Position numbers and translations under genes: made by a program. Positions 33,098 through 42,473 of a stretch of DNA of 64,000 nt are shown here, in pieces. Position 1 is the first letter of the stretch, and the number at the start of each line of letters is the position of its first letter. The stretch spans positions 160,001 to 224,000 of the forward strand of contig CBDDCX010000008.1 in the NCBI GenBank assembly GCA_965226375.1, in the 5' to 3' direction. The notes beneath the pieces were generated by a model. It had not been told where the DNA came from and made no database searches. It worked only from the letters and a program-made list of their open reading frames with translations. Origin of the DNA: Longimicrobiales bacterium. Its GTDB lineage: Bacteria; Gemmatimonadota; Gemmatimonadetes; Longimicrobiales; Gaopeijiaceae.

Positions 33098-34164
33098 AGG
33101 GGGTATTCCCTTAAGTCCACCGACCCCAAGATATAGTGGTTACCGGGGCTCTGCGGGCCGTTTCCCACGTCCGGTGCCGAGGTAAAGGGCCGAAGCTGGC
33201 GTGGGAGCACACTGAACAGCCTGCTCAAGCAAGCGGTAGAACAACAGGCCGCGAGCCCGGGATGTGCGTCGGTTGAAGCGAAAGGTGAACTCGTCCAGAT
33301 AGTAGGGGAGGTGTTCGCGGGCGATCCCTCCTTGGAGGGTTCCGAGGACCCAGCGCTTGAGGAGAGACGCCACCCGATGTACGGCCGACATGAGCACGTG
33401 AGCGGGATCGCCGGAGGTCGAGAGGTTCGTGACCGTGTGGCGAAAGCCCAGTTTGGCGAGTCCCTGATAGCTTGGCCATCCGTCGGTATGCACCGTGCTT
33501 GCCGGTGCGATGCTATCCTTGACGAAGCCTCGCAGAACCGGAGCGGAGAGGTCGGGCACCCAACGCAGCCGTATTCTCCCGATCTTGCGTCCGTCGACCT
33601 CGGCGGCGATCGCGACGATGGCCTTCTTGATCGTCTCGCGGCCCCGCACTCCAGCCTCCACGCCCCCGACATAGCTCTCGTCCACTTGCACAACGCCGCT
33701 CAGCTGGTCGCGATCCGGTCGGACCATGGCCCGGCGGAGCTTGTGGAGCCAGACCCACGCTGTCTTGTAGCTTCCCAGTCCGAGCACGCGCTGGAGCCCG
33801 AGAGCATTGGCTCCGTATTTCTGGCTCGTGAGCTCCCAGGCAGCGAGAAACCACAGACGCAGGGGCGAGCGCGTGCGGTGGAACACGGTTCCCGCCAGCA
33901 CCGAGGTCTGCCTTCGACAGTGTGGGCAGACGAGACGCCCCCGCGATGCTCGCCAGACCTCTCCCAACCCGCCACAGCCCACGCACACAAACCCTTCCGG
34001 CCAGCGCAGACCCTCCACGTACTCCAGGCATGCCGCATCGTCGGGGAAGAACTCGTCCAGCTCCAGCCGCGTACGGGGATAGTCCACGCCGCCACGGAGC
34101 TGAGAAGCCGGAACCGCCATGACCACAACATGTAGTGGGCGGTGGACTTAAGGCAATACCCCCT
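33098..34164 (-). mobile_element. IS1595-family insertion sequence (1067 bp)
   Basis: TIRs AGGGGGTATT(C/G)CCTTAAGTCCACCG with one mismatch; 8-bp target duplication TTGTGTAA (33090-33097 and 34165-34172). Confidence 0.93.
33140..34120 (-). CDS. IS1595-family DDE transposase
   Basis: RWPEGFVC..C...C..C zinc ribbon; VQVDESY, VHTDGW and YLDEFTFRFNRR motifs. Confidence 0.95.
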   Translation of the reverse strand: MAVPASQLRGGVDYPRTRLELDEFFPDDAACLEYVEGLRWPEGFVCVGCGGLGEVWRASRGRLVCPHCRRQTSVLAGTVFHRTRSPLRLWFLAAWELTSQKYGANALGLQRVLGLGSYKTAWVWLHKLRRAMVRPDRDQLSGVVQVDESYVGGVEAGVRGRETIKKAIVAIAAEVDGRKIGRIRLRWVPDLSAPVLRGFVKDSIAPASTVHTDGWPSYQGLAKLGFRHTVTNLSTSGDPAHVLMSAVHRVASLLKRWVLGTLQGGIAREHLPYYLDEFTFRFNRRTSRARGLLFYRLLEQAVQCAPTPASALYLGTGRGKRPAEPR

Positions 34165-34307
34165 TTGTGTAAAAGGGGGTGAGGGGTCCGGGGAGGGTGG
34201 ACAGCCCGGGAAAAAGAGAGGAAGCTCCTTGTGAATGTTCATCATGACACGAACCCGGGGAGTCCGGGCCTGCGCCAGCAGGTCCGGAACCGGAAAGGAG
34301 CTTCCTC

Positions 34308-35489
34308 ATGGAAAAGATGGTTGAAGTTGAGCGGGCCACGCAAGAAGAGTTACGGCAGGATTTGAAGTCGTTGTTTCAGGGCGCGATTCGTGTTACGCTC
34401 GAGATGGTGCTGGAGGAGGAGTTGAAAGCGATGGTCGGAGCGCGTCGTTTCGAGCGGGTCGGCAGCCGGAAGGACCACAGGAACGGCACGTACCTCAGGC
34501 GCCTGCTCACGAGCTTGGGTCAGATCGACGTGATGGTGCCGCGCAGCCGGGAAGGCGGCTCGCCCGCCGACGTGATGGGCCGCTACCGGCGCAGGAGTGA
34601 AGAAGTGGACGAGATGATGGTGGAGGCCTACGTGAGCGGTGTGTCGCAGCGCAAGATGGGCGACGTGACTGAAGCACTGCTGGGTGAGCGCGTGGGACGC
34701 TCGACGGTAAGCCGGGTCGCGAAGCGGCTCGATGGGGCTGTAGAAGCGCTGCGGAGCGCACCCATCGAGGGGCCTCACCCCTATCTGTATCTGGACGCGA
34801 CGTTCCTCGATGCGCGCTGGGCCAGGAAGGTCGAGAACGTGAGCGCGCTCGTGGCCTACGCGGTGGATCCGGACGGTCACCGCCGGCTCCTGGCCATCAC
34901 GCTAGGCCCTGAGGAGTCAGAGGACAGTTGGTCGGAGCTCCTCGAGCAGCTCCTGGAGCGAGGTCTCAGCGGCGTCGAACTGGTGATCGCCGACAAGCAC
35001 GCGGGCCTGGCAGCTGCGGTGCGCCGCTTCCTGCCTGAGGTGCGCCGTCAGCGCTGCACCGTGCACCTGCAACGCAACGTGCTGGCCAAGGTCCCGCATC
35101 GCCTGCGCAAGCGTGTGGCGCGCGAGGTTGCCGCCGTCTTCCGGGCCCCCGGGCTCGCTGAGGCGAAGAAGCGCCTGGCCGAGATCACGACGCGCTGGCA
35201 AGAGGAGCTCCCCGAGGCAATGAAGGTGCTCGAGCGGGGCTTCACGGCCGCCACCCAGTTCTACGCGTTCCCCGAGCCCCACTGGGCCAGGCTACGCACC
35301 ACGAACAGCCTCGAGCGCCTGCACACCGAGATCAAGCGTCGGATCCGGAGCGCCGGCGCCTTCCCCGACCGAGCCAGTGCGCTCCGCCTCATCACCGCGG
35401 TTGCTCTGAAGACTACTGCGGTCTGGAGCGAACGCCGCTACCTCGATCTCACGCTTCTCGAACCCAAGGAGGTCGCCAAGGCAGCCTAA
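34308..35489 (+). CDS. IS256-family (Mutator-like) transposase
   Basis: RNG...VPR.R, YVSGVS.R, YLYLDA, IAD.H.GL, QRC.VH..RN and RTTNSLERL..EIKRR motifs. Confidence 0.96.
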   Translation: MEKMVEVERATQEELRQDLKSLFQGAIRVTLEMVLEEELKAMVGARRFERVGSRKDHRNGTYLRRLLTSLGQIDVMVPRSREGGSPADVMGRYRRRSEEVDEMMVEAYVSGVSQRKMGDVTEALLGERVGRSTVSRVAKRLDGAVEALRSAPIEGPHPYLYLDATFLDARWARKVENVSALVAYAVDPDGHRRLLAITLGPEESEDSWSELLEQLLERGLSGVELVIADKHAGLAAAVRRFLPEVRRQRCTVHLQRNVLAKVPHRLRKRVAREVAAVFRAPGLAEAKKRLAEITTRWQEELPEAMKVLERGFTAATQFYAFPEPHWARLRTTNSLERLHTEIKRRIRSAGAFPDRASALRLITAVALKTTAVWSERRYLDLTLLEPKEVAKAA

Positions 35490-35544
35490 CCGAAGCATCG
35501 AGGAGCTTCCTCTCACTTTTACACACAACTCGGGACTTGACCGG

Positions 35545-35865
35545 TTAAGTCCTCCGGATAGCAGTACCGACGCCGGCGGCGGTCCAGGCCAATACGGTCG
35601 GGAACAGCACCGTCACTATCAGTAGCGTCCAGCCCGGCAATCCCATCACGGCACCGAGCGACTCCGAAAGCTCCGCCAGCGGACCCTCGAACCAATTCCA
35701 TAGCATCAGGGCGCTCCACGCGAGGAACGCGCTGATCCCTGCGGTCGCACCTGCACGCCGTTCGCCAGTCCACACTCCGTAGGCCAGTCCCAGGACAGGC
35801 ACGCTCCACCACCCGACCACGGCGGTACCCAGCGCCAACGCACCGGTCAGGATCATCAAAGTCAT
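35545..35865 (-). CDS. Small hydrophobic membrane protein
   Basis: 106 aa, mostly TM; start overlaps the penicillin acylase stop. Confidence 0.65.
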   Translation of the reverse strand: MTLMILTGALALGTAVVGWWSVPVLGLAYGVWTGERRAGATAGISAFLAWSALMLWNWFEGPLAELSESLGAVMGLPGWTLLIVTVLFPTVLAWTAAGVGTAIRRT

Positions 35866-38381
35866 CGTCTGCTCTCCGGTCGCAGAATCGCTTCTGCCCT
35901 GGAAAGGTCCGTGATGTCTTCCGCGCTCCTCGGAAAACGCAGAGGCTGGAGTTTCCCTTTGACCCAGTCGTCGATCCGATCCAGGTAGGCCTGGCTCAAG
36001 GGGTGGCCCGACTGTCCGCCCGGATAGGTGCCGCGTCCCTCGACCTCGTCGCCGAGCTCTACGACCATGCGCCAGCTCGCACCGTTCCTACCGTTGCCCG
36101 TGTTGGGATTCAACGTCTCGGGCCCACCGCGAATCGGGAGATTCAGCACCGAGAACGCCGACATCCCCAAAAAGTGGACGACGTTGGCGTTGGCCACGCG
36201 GCTCCAGGTCCAGCCCTCCTCGGTTTCGGCACCGTAGGCATCCCGGGCCGCCCGTAGCGCCGCGTCCAGGGAGGAGTTCAGGATGTCGTCTCTCCCTTCG
36301 ACCACATCAGGGGTGGACTGGTCGTCCCACCAGGCGTTGGTCGGGTCGGCGAGGAGCGCGGCAAGGATCGCGGTCCTTGGCGTGGCGACCCGCCGGCCAC
36401 CGGTGTCAGCGAGCTCGTCCCAGGTACGGCCGGCGAGGTCGTTCATGGCCAGCTCGAACAAGGCGGCACGGGTATTGTCCTTGGTGTAAAGCCGATCCCA
36501 CTCGGCCAATAGCCGTCCGGCCTCAGACATCCCCGCTTCCTCCGCGGCCCCTCGGTCAGTCGCCTGGCCCGACCTCCCACGCGCCGCCTCGAGGAAGGCT
36601 TCCACGAACACGTCCGCTCGGGGGCTTCCGGGGTCGGTCTGGAATCGGGACAGCTCAGTCGCCGTGAAGACGGAGTCGGCCCGGAGTAGCTGATTGATCC
36701 GCATGGCTCGCCATGGCGACGGCCAGTTCGCTCCCAGGTACCTGGGGTTGTCCTCGGGGTCCACCGGTTGCTGGTTGCTCGACGTGAGGTATCCCTGGAC
36801 CGGATTCACGGACCCCGGGTAGCTCGAAACCGGGTACCAGCCCTGCCAATCGTTGCTCGACGTTGCCCCGTCGAAAGCCCAGTCTCCCCGCGCCCCGGGC
36901 GGACGAATCGGATATCGACCCGTAGACCGTATGGCGATGTTCCCCTGCCGGTCGGCCACCAGGCCGTTCTGGGTCGGTGCCACCCAGCTTTCCATGGCCG
37001 ACATCCACTCGTCCACAGAACGGGCTCGATTGATGTCGAGAAGGGCCGAGAGCTCGCCCTGGTCCTCGAGCACCGTCCAGCGAAGGGACACGTACTGACC
37101 GGAGTCGCGGCTCACCGGACCTCGGTGCGAGTGCAGGATCGTGTCCACGGCGAGCACGGAGCCGTCCGGCGCTCGATACGTCTCGATTCGTTCCTCGAAC
37201 GGACGCCACTCACCGTCCAGCAGATAACTCCTTGGGCGCTCGGCGTCGTCGACGGTCTCTCGGTACAGGTCCATGACATCGGACCCAGTGTTTGTAAAGG
37301 TCCAGGCCAGATCGCGATTGAACCCGATCGTAATCGTGGGGGTGCCGGGGACGGTCACGCCGTAGACATCCAGCTCGCCAGGGACCACCAGATGGGCCTC
37401 ATACCAGATGCTGGGCAACGTGAAGTCGAGGTGGGGATCGCCGGCGAGGATGGCGTGTCCTTCGGCGGACCGCGACGGCCCGATGGCCCAGTTGTTGGAG
37501 CCCAGAACCGTTTCGCCGTCGTCGTTTCCGCCGGAGTCCACGGGACCGAGGAACGTTTGCAGAGTCGCTGACTGGATGATCATCTCGAGATCGGACTCGC
37601 CCGGCGGCGGCAGGGTGATCGGCTCGAAGCGGGCTTCTCGTAGACCGTTCGGCTGGATCGGCTCCTGGATCGGGGCGTTCACGGGGAATAGCCCGTCGGC
37701 CGCCTCGCGACCCACCAGCGCCGCCGCCGCCGTCTTACGACGCTCGGTGTTGATCATCGCCAAGGTCCAGCCCATCCGCTTGAGCAGGTACAGCGAGTGC
37801 TGGGGCTGCCAGGCCGTGGGCGCACGGCCCAGCAGGTGATACTCCAGCGGGACCTCTGACGGGGACATCGCCCGCATCCACGCATTGACGCCGTCGGCAT
37901 ACGCGTCGAGATGGGTCGTGAGCTCCGACCCGGGCTCCACCCTCGAATAGTCCCGCTCCGCCGACCACGCGAGCGCCAGCTGTCGGGATTGCCGATCGGC
38001 CTCCAAGGCGACCACGCCCACGAGCTCCGTCAATGTGCCAGCGGTGGCTCGTGTCTGTAGCTCGAGCTGAAAGAGACGATCGCGGGCTACCGCATAACCG
38101 AGGCCGCGCACAACGTCCACCACGCTCTCGGCAAAGATGTGAGGGACCCTTCTGTCGTCGTAGACGATGCGGACGTCACCTGAGAGTCCGGGCACGGTAT
38201 GTGTGACCGTGGCCGGCAGGGTGGCGCTCCTGGCGCTGGACCAGACGCCTTTCACCGGGTCGAGGAAGGACCCTAGCGCGGGGACCGGCCCCACGGGCCG
38301 GGCTCCGACGTACAAGCAGACCGCGAGCAGGGCGGCGCTGACCACCGTACCGACGGTGGACCCCGAACGCCGCTCACTCAC
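35862..38381 (-). CDS. Penicillin acylase family Ntn hydrolase
   Basis: VPHIFA, DRLFQL, GSNNW (Ser nucleophile), DPHL, PSIWYE, SWRMVV and PGGQSG motifs. Confidence 0.92.
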   Translation of the reverse strand: MSERRSGSTVGTVVSAALLAVCLYVGARPVGPVPALGSFLDPVKGVWSSARSATLPATVTHTVPGLSGDVRIVYDDRRVPHIFAESVVDVVRGLGYAVARDRLFQLELQTRATAGTLTELVGVVALEADRQSRQLALAWSAERDYSRVEPGSELTTHLDAYADGVNAWMRAMSPSEVPLEYHLLGRAPTAWQPQHSLYLLKRMGWTLAMINTERRKTAAAALVGREAADGLFPVNAPIQEPIQPNGLREARFEPITLPPPGESDLEMIIQSATLQTFLGPVDSGGNDDGETVLGSNNWAIGPSRSAEGHAILAGDPHLDFTLPSIWYEAHLVVPGELDVYGVTVPGTPTITIGFNRDLAWTFTNTGSDVMDLYRETVDDAERPRSYLLDGEWRPFEERIETYRAPDGSVLAVDTILHSHRGPVSRDSGQYVSLRWTVLEDQGELSALLDINRARSVDEWMSAMESWVAPTQNGLVADRQGNIAIRSTGRYPIRPPGARGDWAFDGATSSNDWQGWYPVSSYPGSVNPVQGYLTSSNQQPVDPEDNPRYLGANWPSPWRAMRINQLLRADSVFTATELSRFQTDPGSPRADVFVEAFLEAARGRSGQATDRGAAEEAGMSEAGRLLAEWDRLYTKDNTRAALFELAMNDLAGRTWDELADTGGRRVATPRTAILAALLADPTNAWWDDQSTPDVVEGRDDILNSSLDAALRAARDAYGAETEEGWTWSRVANANVVHFLGMSAFSVLNLPIRGGPETLNPNTGNGRNGASWRMVVELGDEVEGRGTYPGGQSGHPLSQAYLDRIDDWVKGKLQPLRFPRSAEDITDLSRAEAILRPESRR

Positions 38382-38796
38382 CGACGAGGCTCACCACGAT
38401 CTGCCGATGTCGGGGCCGCGTGTCCAGATCCACGAGGACCACCTGCTGCCACGTGCCGAGGGGCAGCGAGCCCTCGACGATGGGAAGTGCCAGGGATGGT
38501 CCGATGAGGCTGGCCCGCACGTGGCTGTGACCATTGTCGTCGTGCCACATCTTCTCGTGCTCGTAACTGCCGTCCCGTGGGGCGAGCCGCTCGAGCGCCG
38601 CGGCGATGTCGTGGCCCACGAGGCCGGGCTCGTACTCTAGGGTGGTGAGGGCGGCCGTGGAGCCAACGACCATTGCCGTCAGCTGCCCCGTGGCGATGCC
38701 GCTCTCGAGCACCAACGCCTGAAGGTCCGCCGTCACGTCCAGGATTTGATCGTTCCCCTCCGTCCGAAGTTCCACGGTGTGCGTGAGGGCGGTCAT
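38374..38796 (-). CDS. YjbQ/UPF0047-family protein
   Basis: GSTAALTTLEYEPG, DNGHSHVRASLIG and LGTWQ motifs. Confidence 0.9.
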   Translation of the reverse strand: MTALTHTVELRTEGNDQILDVTADLQALVLESGIATGQLTAMVVGSTAALTTLEYEPGLVGHDIAAALERLAPRDGSYEHEKMWHDDNGHSHVRASLIGPSLALPIVEGSLPLGTWQQVVLVDLDTRPRHRQIVVSLVGE

Positions 38797-38830
38797 TCCG
38801 ATGCTGGCGTCACGCCGTTACAGCGGAACA

Positions 38831-39040
38831 CTACGGACGGACCTCAGCCTGGTAGCCCGCGGCCTCTACAGCGGCGACGAGATCGGCGTCCGGCATATCC
38901 ACGGAGAGCGTGATTTTGGCCTGGTTATCCTCGAGCGATACGTCTGCCAGCGTCACACCATCCAGGCCTTCGAGGGCCGACTTCACGTGGCTTACGCAGT
39001 GTCCGCAGGACATTCCGGTAATCCCGAGTGTCTTGGTCAT
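38831..39040 (-). CDS. copZ: Heavy-metal-associated (CopZ-like) chaperone
   Basis: GMSCGHC motif; 69 aa ending in AGY-like motif. Confidence 0.85.
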   Translation of the reverse strand: MTKTLGITGMSCGHCVSHVKSALEGLDGVTLADVSLEDNQAKITLSVDMPDADLVAAVEAAGYQAEVRP

Positions 39041-39172
39041 GAGAGTTCCTACTGGGTTGTCGTTTCGGCTCTGGCGACGGGAGGCTAGTGTGTTGTGATG
39101 GGCGCTTCCCGACACGGGGCGGCCCGGTATCGACCACATCCCAAGTCTACTCGATAACGCCAGACCAGTCAC

Positions 39173-39871
39173 ATGACGTCACTCATTCGGTGGCTCCTGA
39201 CGGGTGCCAGTGGGGTCTGCGTCGTGCTGGCGCTGAAGTATGTAATCGTGGACTTCAGGGTTTCGCGCGACCGTATCCATGCCGTTTTCGGTGCCGCGGC
39301 CCTATCGATCGCGGCCTATGCGTACGCCGCGCTCGGCGTCTACCGGTCGATTGCGATAGAAGGCTATGTGTCCGCCGTGCGGATCCACGTCTCTTTCGCG
39401 GTCCTGGCCTATCTATCCTTGGCGTGGTTCTCGGCGCTTCGGACACGTAAGGTGCCCGGCTGGCTTCTCTGGACGGCCACAGGCGTCTCCGCGGTTGTCG
39501 TCGCCTGGAATGTATTCTCCTCGCAAACTCTCTTGTTCGTCGGGGTCATCGAAGTCCAGGGCGTCTTGCTCCCGTGGGGCGAGGTGATCGTCCAGGCCGT
39601 CGCTATCCCCTCCGCCTGGTCCCATGTGGTGGAGCTGCTGACCTTCGCGCTCTATGGAATGTGCGCGTACGCCTGGTGGGGAGACTCGGATGATGGCGAG
39701 CCCGGCCCGGCACTTCCGGTCGCCGGCGCGATGGCGGTGCTTCTCGCGGCCATGCTGGTGGAAGTGGCGGATCCGAGGGTGGTGCCCATGCTGCCTGCCG
39801 ACGAGCTGGGCCTGTTCGTACTTCTGTCGGTTCTGGCGTGGACTACCCGCGCAGTACCCACCAGCCGATGA
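39173..39871 (+). CDS. Hypothetical multi-pass (~7 TM) membrane protein
   Basis: Series of hydrophobic helices resembling a stand-alone membrane sensor domain; no output domain. Confidence 0.55.
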   Translation: MTSLIRWLLTGASGVCVVLALKYVIVDFRVSRDRIHAVFGAAALSIAAYAYAALGVYRSIAIEGYVSAVRIHVSFAVLAYLSLAWFSALRTRKVPGWLLWTATGVSAVVVAWNVFSSQTLLFVGVIEVQGVLLPWGEVIVQAVAIPSAWSHVVELLTFALYGMCAYAWWGDSDDGEPGPALPVAGAMAVLLAAMLVEVADPRVVPMLPADELGLFVLLSVLAWTTRAVPTSR

Positions 39872-41110
39872 CGGCGGCGAAGAGTAGGGCCGCTCCCAAG
39901 AAGCTGAACTGAAGTGCGAGCATCTTGGCCCGGGCACCCTTGGGCAACACCGACTCTGTGCGTCGCACTCCCTTGCTGGTGATGTCGAACATCCACGCGA
40001 TCACCAGGGCCACCGGGAAGCCACCCAGGGCCAGAGCGACCAGGACCCTATGCGTGTTCGCGGGCACGGGAAGTGACTCGAGGGTCAAGTCCGCCGCACC
40101 CAAGACGCCTCCCGCCACGAGGACGTAGAACACGGCCACGTTGTAGACATGGCGTCGCCGAAGTTCTCCCAGGAAGCTTTGGAGGGCCGGAATTTGCTGA
40201 ACGCCGCCCGACTGCGCGCCGTCGGCAGCCGATCGGGATCCGGGGTCTGCTTGGGGATCCAGGAGCTGCTCAAGCGTCTTCGCCACCTCAGACGCCCGGG
40301 GCCGATGCATCGGCTTCTTGGCGAGACAGCGAATAAGCAGTTGCTCCAGGCCTGCGTCGGCGTCGGGACGCAGTTGCCGTAGCGGAATGGGCTCCTTCTC
40401 GAGGTGGGCCGTGGCGATCTGGACCTTCGACGTGGCCGGGTAGGCGTGCTCGAGCGTCAGCACCTCGTACGCGAGGATCCCCAGGCTGTAGACGTCCGAC
40501 TCCTCGGTGAGAGGATCACCCAACAACTGCTCCGGGCTCATGTAACGCGGATCTCCAAGGAGCTGCCCTTGTTGCGTGAGCCGAGTGACGCTGTCCGAGC
40601 CCGTATCGAGGATGCCGGCGATTCCGAGTCGGTGAGGACCACCCGGTCGGAGTCTTTCTCCCGCACCACGTTGGCAGGCCTCACGTCTCGGTGCACGATG
40701 CCGTTCTCGTGCGCAGCCGCCAGGGCGGAAGCCACCTGGCTGAGGACGTGGCAGGCCTGCTCGACGCCCATCGCACCCTCGGCCTGTAGCGCGTCGTCGA
40801 GATTCCGTCCCTCGATGTGCTCCATGACAAAGAACGGCGTTTCGTCTTCGAGGGTCCCGACGCGGTGCACCGTTGCCACGTTGTTGTGATGGATCTTTGC
40901 CGCAGACCGGGCTTCTCTGGCAAAGCGCTTCCATGCGGTTTCGTCTCCCGCCAGTTGGGGCTTCATCACCTTGATGGCCACCATGCGCGTCAGTGCAGTC
41001 TCCCGGGCGAGGTATACGTTCGCCATGGAACCCTCTCCCAGAAGACGTATGATCTGGAAGTCGGGAGCCAGCTCGGACTGGAGTTGGGTTTGACGTTCTA
41101 GGTCGCTCAT
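39843..41110 (-). pseudogene. Hanks-type Ser/Thr kinase with C-terminal TM helices, frameshifted at the DFG codons (~40627; possible sequencing error)
   Basis: LGEGSMA, VAIK and HRDVRPAN motifs, then VLTD|GIAG...GDPRYMSPEQ...SDVYSLG in another frame. Adding one T restores GAC TTC GGA (DFG). Confidence 0.85.
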
Positions 41111-41313
41111 CACGCACGGTCGATAGGGATTCTGGATTCACGTCGAAGCAGAATGTCCCATGCGGGCACGTCTGAGGCAATAAGGCCGCCGTCCACCCCC
41201 ATCCGTCGGGGAATACCCCACGTTATCTTGCGGCTCATCCCGGACAGCCGGGAACATCGGATGGTGACATCGTATAACTGGTAGTCAAGTTCTTCCTGGT
41301 GAGGAGAGATCAC

Positions 41314-41787
41314 ATGCTCAAGAAGAGAATCACGGCTCTGGCTGGAGGGGGCGCCTTCGCGCTGATCATTGCCGCACTTCTCTCGTGGTATACACCGGCC
41401 ACAGCTACGGCCGGTACCGTAACGGTCTACAAGAATCCGTCCTGCGCTTGTTGTGGAGCCTGGGTGGATCACATGCGCGCGGCCGGCTTCGAGCTCGACG
41501 TTCGCGACGTCAACGACCTTCAGTCGATCAAGACCGAGAATGGTGTAACGCCTCGACTCGGATCCTGTCACACGGGGTTGGTTGATGGTTACGTGATCGA
41601 AGGACACGTACCCGCCGATCTGGTGCAAAAGATGTTGACCGAGAAACCGGAGATCGCCGGTCTGTCTGTGCCGGGAATGGTGGTGGGCAGCCCGGGAATG
41701 GAAGTCCCGGGCCAGCCGGCGCAGCCGTACGACGTCATCGCGTTCGACGCCAACGGAAAGACAGCCGTCTACGCCAATGTGCGCTAG
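41314..41787 (+). CDS. DUF411 family exported metal-binding protein
   Basis: Signal peptide; YKNPSCACC..W..H, SCHT, EGHVP and GSPGME motifs. Confidence 0.88.
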   Translation: MLKKRITALAGGGAFALIIAALLSWYTPATATAGTVTVYKNPSCACCGAWVDHMRAAGFELDVRDVNDLQSIKTENGVTPRLGSCHTGLVDGYVIEGHVPADLVQKMLTEKPEIAGLSVPGMVVGSPGMEVPGQPAQPYDVIAFDANGKTAVYANVR

Positions 41788-42473
41788 AAGCGCGGCTTCT
41801 TCCCGGCCAGCACCTCGATGAGCCGGGCAACCCGGTCTCTGATGGCTGGTCCGTCGGCATGTTCGGCCAGGAGCACGGCGTAGGCGGAGAGTTCTGCAAG
41901 CTCCATTCGGTGGAGGGCCGATTCGACGGTTGGCCCCACGGTCACTGCGCCGTGGTTCCGAAGCAGCAGCACGCCGGTTCCGACTCGTTCAGGGTCCGCG
42001 GCGTTGGGTGCGACCGCCGACCGCCGTTCTGCCCGGCCTTCTCCCGCCACTGCGTATCCAACCGCCCTCCCCAGCTCCTGACTACCACTGGGCAGAAGCT
42101 CGATCGTGGCCCAGGCACCGGTTGCCAGCTCCAACTCGGGAAGGTGCTCCACGATTCGCAGGTCCTTCAACCCCGCGGCGATCAGCGCCGGAGCGTGAGC
42201 GTGGATGACCGCCCCGGTCGATGGGTTGGCCGCGTAGCAGGCGCGATGCATAGGTAACTCGCTCGAGGCGCCGTCGCTCGGGTCCTGACTGCCGCTTGCC
42301 ACGACCACCAGATCCGACGCAGCGAGCTTTCCTTTGTGAGTGCCCGCCCGCGTGACAAGGATTCCGCCTTCCACCAGGCGGGCAGAGAGGTTGCCTGCCA
42401 CTCCAGCGATCAGGCCTTGCCGGTAGAGCTCCTGCCCGGCTCGACAGAGTTGGTCCTCCAGGTCGTCCATCAT
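41784..42473 (-). CDS. Class II aldolase/adducin family protein
   Basis: GNLSAR, SSELPMH, IHAH and LRNHG metal-binding motifs; coupled to mtnA. Confidence 0.85.
   Translation of the reverse strand: MMDDLEDQLCRAGQELYRQGLIAGVAGNLSARLVEGGILVTRAGTHKGKLAASDLVVVASGSQDPSDGASSELPMHRACYAANPSTGAVIHAHAPALIAAGLKDLRIVEHLPELELATGAWATIELLPSGSQELGRAVGYAVAGEGRAERRSAVAPNAADPERVGTGVLLLRNHGAVTVGPTVESALHRMELAELSAYAVLLAEHADGPAIRDRVARLIEVLAGKKPRF

Larger units (their letters stand above)
33074..35542 (+). mobile_element. IS256-family element whose left inverted repeat is interrupted by an IS1595 element
   Basis: Reconstructed left end GGTAGTGTCGCGATATTTGTGTAAAAG vs reverse complement of the right end GGTCAAGTCCCGAGTTGTGTGTAAAAG (20/27 identical); no target duplication visible. 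Confidence 0.85.
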
